A stretch of DNA of 57,544 nucleotides. Origin: an uncultured Eubacteriales bacterium. Its GTDB lineage: Bacteria; Bacillota; Clostridia; Lachnospirales; Lachnospiraceae. Each line of letters begins with the position of its first letter. The first letter of the stretch is position 1. The notes beneath the pieces were generated by a model. That model saw only the letters and a program-made list of their open reading frames with translations, was not told the DNA's origin and did no database searches. This document shows positions 55,285-57,544 of this stretch, piece after piece. The stretch is taken from positions 1 through 57,544 of the forward strand of contig CADCOW010000100.1 of assembly GCA_902803205.1 (NCBI GenBank). Reading direction: 5' to 3'. The position numbers and the translations under genes are program-made.

Positions 55285-57165
55285 ATGAAAAATAGAGTAT
55301 TAAAAACAGTTTTTATAATACTTATGTTATCAGTTTTTAGTTCTATGGCTTCTTTTGCTGTAGGCTGGGTTTCTGATGGTGGAGAAAACTGGATGTATGT
55401 AGAAAATGACGGTAATTATTTAAGAGATACTATAAGAGCTTCAGGTAATGATAAATATTATCTTGATATAGATGGTAGGATGGTTAGAGATTATTTACTT
55501 GAAGACTATAATGAAGCTGTATATTATTTTGATGATTCAGGAAAGATGGTTACCAATACTTGGGTTGCAGTAGAGCCTACACAAGTATATAACCAGATGG
55601 ATAATCCTCCTACAATTTATTTGTATTATTTTGGATCAAATGGTAAAGCATTTAAATCAAAAAATGGTGTAGTTAGAAAAGTTATAGATGGTAAAAAATA
55701 TTTATTCAATGAAAATGGTCAGATGCTTTTTGGTTGGATAAATGAAGAAGGCGAAAGATTTAATGAGTATGAAGATGACACAGACCCTTTTAATGGATAT
55801 TGTTATTTTGCAGGAGATGAAACTGATGGTGTGCTTCGTGAAGGTTGGACAGCTTATGAAGAAGGTTCAGTGGAAGATAGATATTATTTGAAACAAACTT
55901 TATGGTTTTATTTTAAGACAAGCGACAATAAAAAAGTGCAATCAGAAAATGAAAGCGAACTCAAAAAGAAGACAATAAATGGAAAAACTTATGCCTTTGA
56001 CGATCAAGGTGTCATGGCTATGGGTTGGGATTCAGATGTATTAGACTCAGATAATGATGATTTGTCAATTCAATCAAAAAATTATTTCTACGAAGAAGGA
56101 AGTGATGTAGGTAAACTTGCTAAAAAGGAATGGTATTATGCAGTTCCTTCTCAAAAACAAAACCTTGATGACCATGACCAAGATGTTCAAAGATGGTTCT
56201 ATTCTCTTGGTAGTGGAAATGTAGTAAAAGGTGAGGTAAGAAAAATAAATTCTTCATATTATGCATTTAATAACAGCGGTATTATGAAGACTGGTCTTGT
56301 AATAGTTGATAAACATTCAAGAAAATATGTAGATTGTATAGATGCTGAAAGAACTGATGGTAGAGACTTCATCATAAGCAGACATTATATAAGTGTTGAT
56401 AATACAAGAGATAATGCAGGCGACTCTGCTATAAGTTCTTCAGAGTTCAATATATTTAAAGATGATACTCAAGCTATATATTATTTCAATGAAAATGAGA
56501 CTGACCCAAATTATGGAAAAAGACAGGCTGCAGAAAATACAGTAGCATTTGGTGATGATGATTATACATTTGTGTCTAAAAATACAGGTGAGTATGAGGG
56601 ACTTAAAAATAAGAAATATTATCAAGCAGGTATAAGATTAAAGGTAGATTCTGGGCTTGGGCTTGGTATAGTTCTTCTCGGATTTTCAAATAAAGAAGAT
56701 GGTGGTTCAGTAGATATAGAGCCAATCTATTATAATTCAACACATCCATTCGCACAACCAGATGTAAATCACAATGATATTTTAAATGATTATGTGGTTA
56801 TTAGAGATACTGATAAGTTGTGGGAAGAATATGGTGTAACTCCTGTATATGCTGTAATCAGTTCATCAGGTAGTAGGGTAAATAAAGCAAATACAGTAAA
56901 AAAAGACTCATCAAAAAGATATTGGGCTATAGGTAGAGATGGTACACTTTTAAATATATATGATATTCCTATTAGATACAATAAAACAAATGGTTGGGAG
57001 TTCCAAAGTGAGTTCCCTGTAAGAGATAGAGTTCAAAAGGCTTGGATGCCATTTGGTACTGTAGATGAATATGGAAAAACTTGTAAGGCAAGTAAGGTAG
57101 ATCCAGGTGAATATGGCGTATATTTAGATGAAACATACTGCACAAATTTCCGTTTTGCAGATTAA
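55285..57165 (+). CDS. Secreted cell-wall-binding repeat protein with a C-terminal domain of unknown function
   Basis: GAGGA RBS at 55274-55278. Signal peptide MKNRVLKTVFIILMLSVFSSMASFA. CW_binding_1-type repeats (YYLDIDGRMVRD, VYYFDDSGKMVTNTW, KYLFNENGQMLFGW, TYAFDDQGVMAMGW, YYAFNNSGIMKTG). The track's start at 55228 is an upstream in-frame extension. Confidence 0.8.
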   Translation: MKNRVLKTVFIILMLSVFSSMASFAVGWVSDGGENWMYVENDGNYLRDTIRASGNDKYYLDIDGRMVRDYLLEDYNEAVYYFDDSGKMVTNTWVAVEPTQVYNQMDNPPTIYLYYFGSNGKAFKSKNGVVRKVIDGKKYLFNENGQMLFGWINEEGERFNEYEDDTDPFNGYCYFAGDETDGVLREGWTAYEEGSVEDRYYLKQTLWFYFKTSDNKKVQSENESELKKKTINGKTYAFDDQGVMAMGWDSDVLDSDNDDLSIQSKNYFYEEGSDVGKLAKKEWYYAVPSQKQNLDDHDQDVQRWFYSLGSGNVVKGEVRKINSSYYAFNNSGIMKTGLVIVDKHSRKYVDCIDAERTDGRDFIISRHYISVDNTRDNAGDSAISSSEFNIFKDDTQAIYYFNENETDPNYGKRQAAENTVAFGDDDYTFVSKNTGEYEGLKNKKYYQAGIRLKVDSGLGLGIVLLGFSNKEDGGSVDIEPIYYNSTHPFAQPDVNHNDILNDYVVIRDTDKLWEEYGVTPVYAVISSSGSRVNKANTVKKDSSKRYWAIGRDGTLLNIYDIPIRYNKTNGWEFQSEFPVRDRVQKAWMPFGTVDEYGKTCKASKVDPGEYGVYLDETYCTNFRFAD

Positions 57166-57194
57166 TTAAGGGTCAAATTTAATAACTTTTGTAA

Positions 57195-57219
57195 GGGTGG
57201 TCAATAACCGCCCTTTTTA
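57195..57219 (+). terminator. Rho-independent terminator
   Basis: GGGTGG (57195-57200) / CCGCCC (57208-57213) stem, followed by TTTTT. Confidence 0.7.
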
Positions 57220-57238
57220 TTTATACTAAAATCCATCT

Positions 57239-57440
57239 GTATGGGGCGAATATCTTGCTTATCGTAGGGGCGGATATCATCCGCCTATTGTATTGGCGGA
57301 TATCTTGCCTATCGTAGGGGTGGATATCATCCGCCTATTGTATGGACAGATACCATTTGCCTATCGTAGGGGCGGATATCATCCGCCTATTGTATGGACA
57401 GATATCATTTGCCTATCGTAGGGGCGGATATCATCCGCCC
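57239..57440 (+). repeat. Head-to-tail array of 8 family-A REP-like units, alternating decayed (GTAT..) and intact (GTAGGGGCGGATATCATCCGCC) forms
   Basis: GTAG heads at 57264, 57314, 57366 and 57418 (spacings of 50, 52 and 52 bp). The interleaved GTAT units are homologous to the same motif. Confidence 0.85.
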
Positions 57441-57483
57441 GATTTATTAAGAAATTGTTAAGAAAACTTTATAATAAATTATA

Positions 57484-57512
57484 TTGAATTTTCAAGCAAT
57501 TTTTTATATTAT
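57484..57512 (+). promoter_or_regulatory. Possible promoter for a gene beyond the window end
   Basis: TTGAAT, 17 nt spacer, TATTAT. Confidence 0.3.
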
Positions 57513-57544
57513 AGTATCATAACTAAGTGTACAGCTTAGAATAA

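Noticed and set aside
57239-57440. A CRISPR-like regular spacing of a GC-rich palindromic repeat (period about 50-52 bp).
   Set aside because: The would-be spacers are homologous to each other and to the repeat itself (decayed copies). The same motif is dispersed singly elsewhere (25129-25289, 47542-47564, 48502-48524, 53018-53090). No cas genes or leader are visible.

Overview
AT-rich segment (roughly one-third G+C by eye, not computed). Every supported gene is on the + strand. It looks like the chromosome of a low-GC Gram-positive (Bacillota-like) bacterium; no species is claimed. All domain calls come from motif recognition only, since no HMM or BLAST search could be run.

About three quarters of the window is two tandem, collinear, paralogous giant genes: 2993-25066 (7357 aa) and 25531-47448 (7305 aa). 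Both encode secreted surface proteins with the same layout:
- a signal peptide and acidic E/S/T tandem repeats;
- three or four parallel beta-helix cassettes rich in GGA[IV]Y/FxxN (polymorphic-membrane-protein-type) repeats, most of them opened by a His/Cys cluster plus an LCLNGH motif;
- about 25 Listeria-Bacteroides (Flg_new) repeats;
- a poly-Gly hinge and a short choline-binding-type cell-wall anchor.
Each giant gene has its own terminator and a duplicated promoter/operator/leader module with identical spacing.

Upstream lies a smaller surface-protein gene (DUF6273-like + Flg_new + LRR-like). It is separated from its own start codon and signal peptide by an A8 tract and a G11 tract.

Downstream lies a REPtron-like unit: an HUH/Y1 tyrosine transposase gene (47653-48447) flanked by mirror-image composite repeats. 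Two repeat families make up those flanks:
- family A, a GTAG-headed GC hairpin (GTAGGGGCGGATATCATCCGCCC);
- family B, about 45 bp (TTAAATTTGGGGACGGGGTATATTATT-N6-TTTGGGGACAC).
Both families are scattered through the rest of the window. One B copy sits in frame inside mnmA, and repeat copies supply the stop codons of two genes.

The remaining genes are a polytopic membrane protein, rfbF, two further cell-wall-binding-repeat proteins, mnmA, an Amidase_3 lipoprotein, and a GC-richer lipoprotein gene bracketed by repeat copies.
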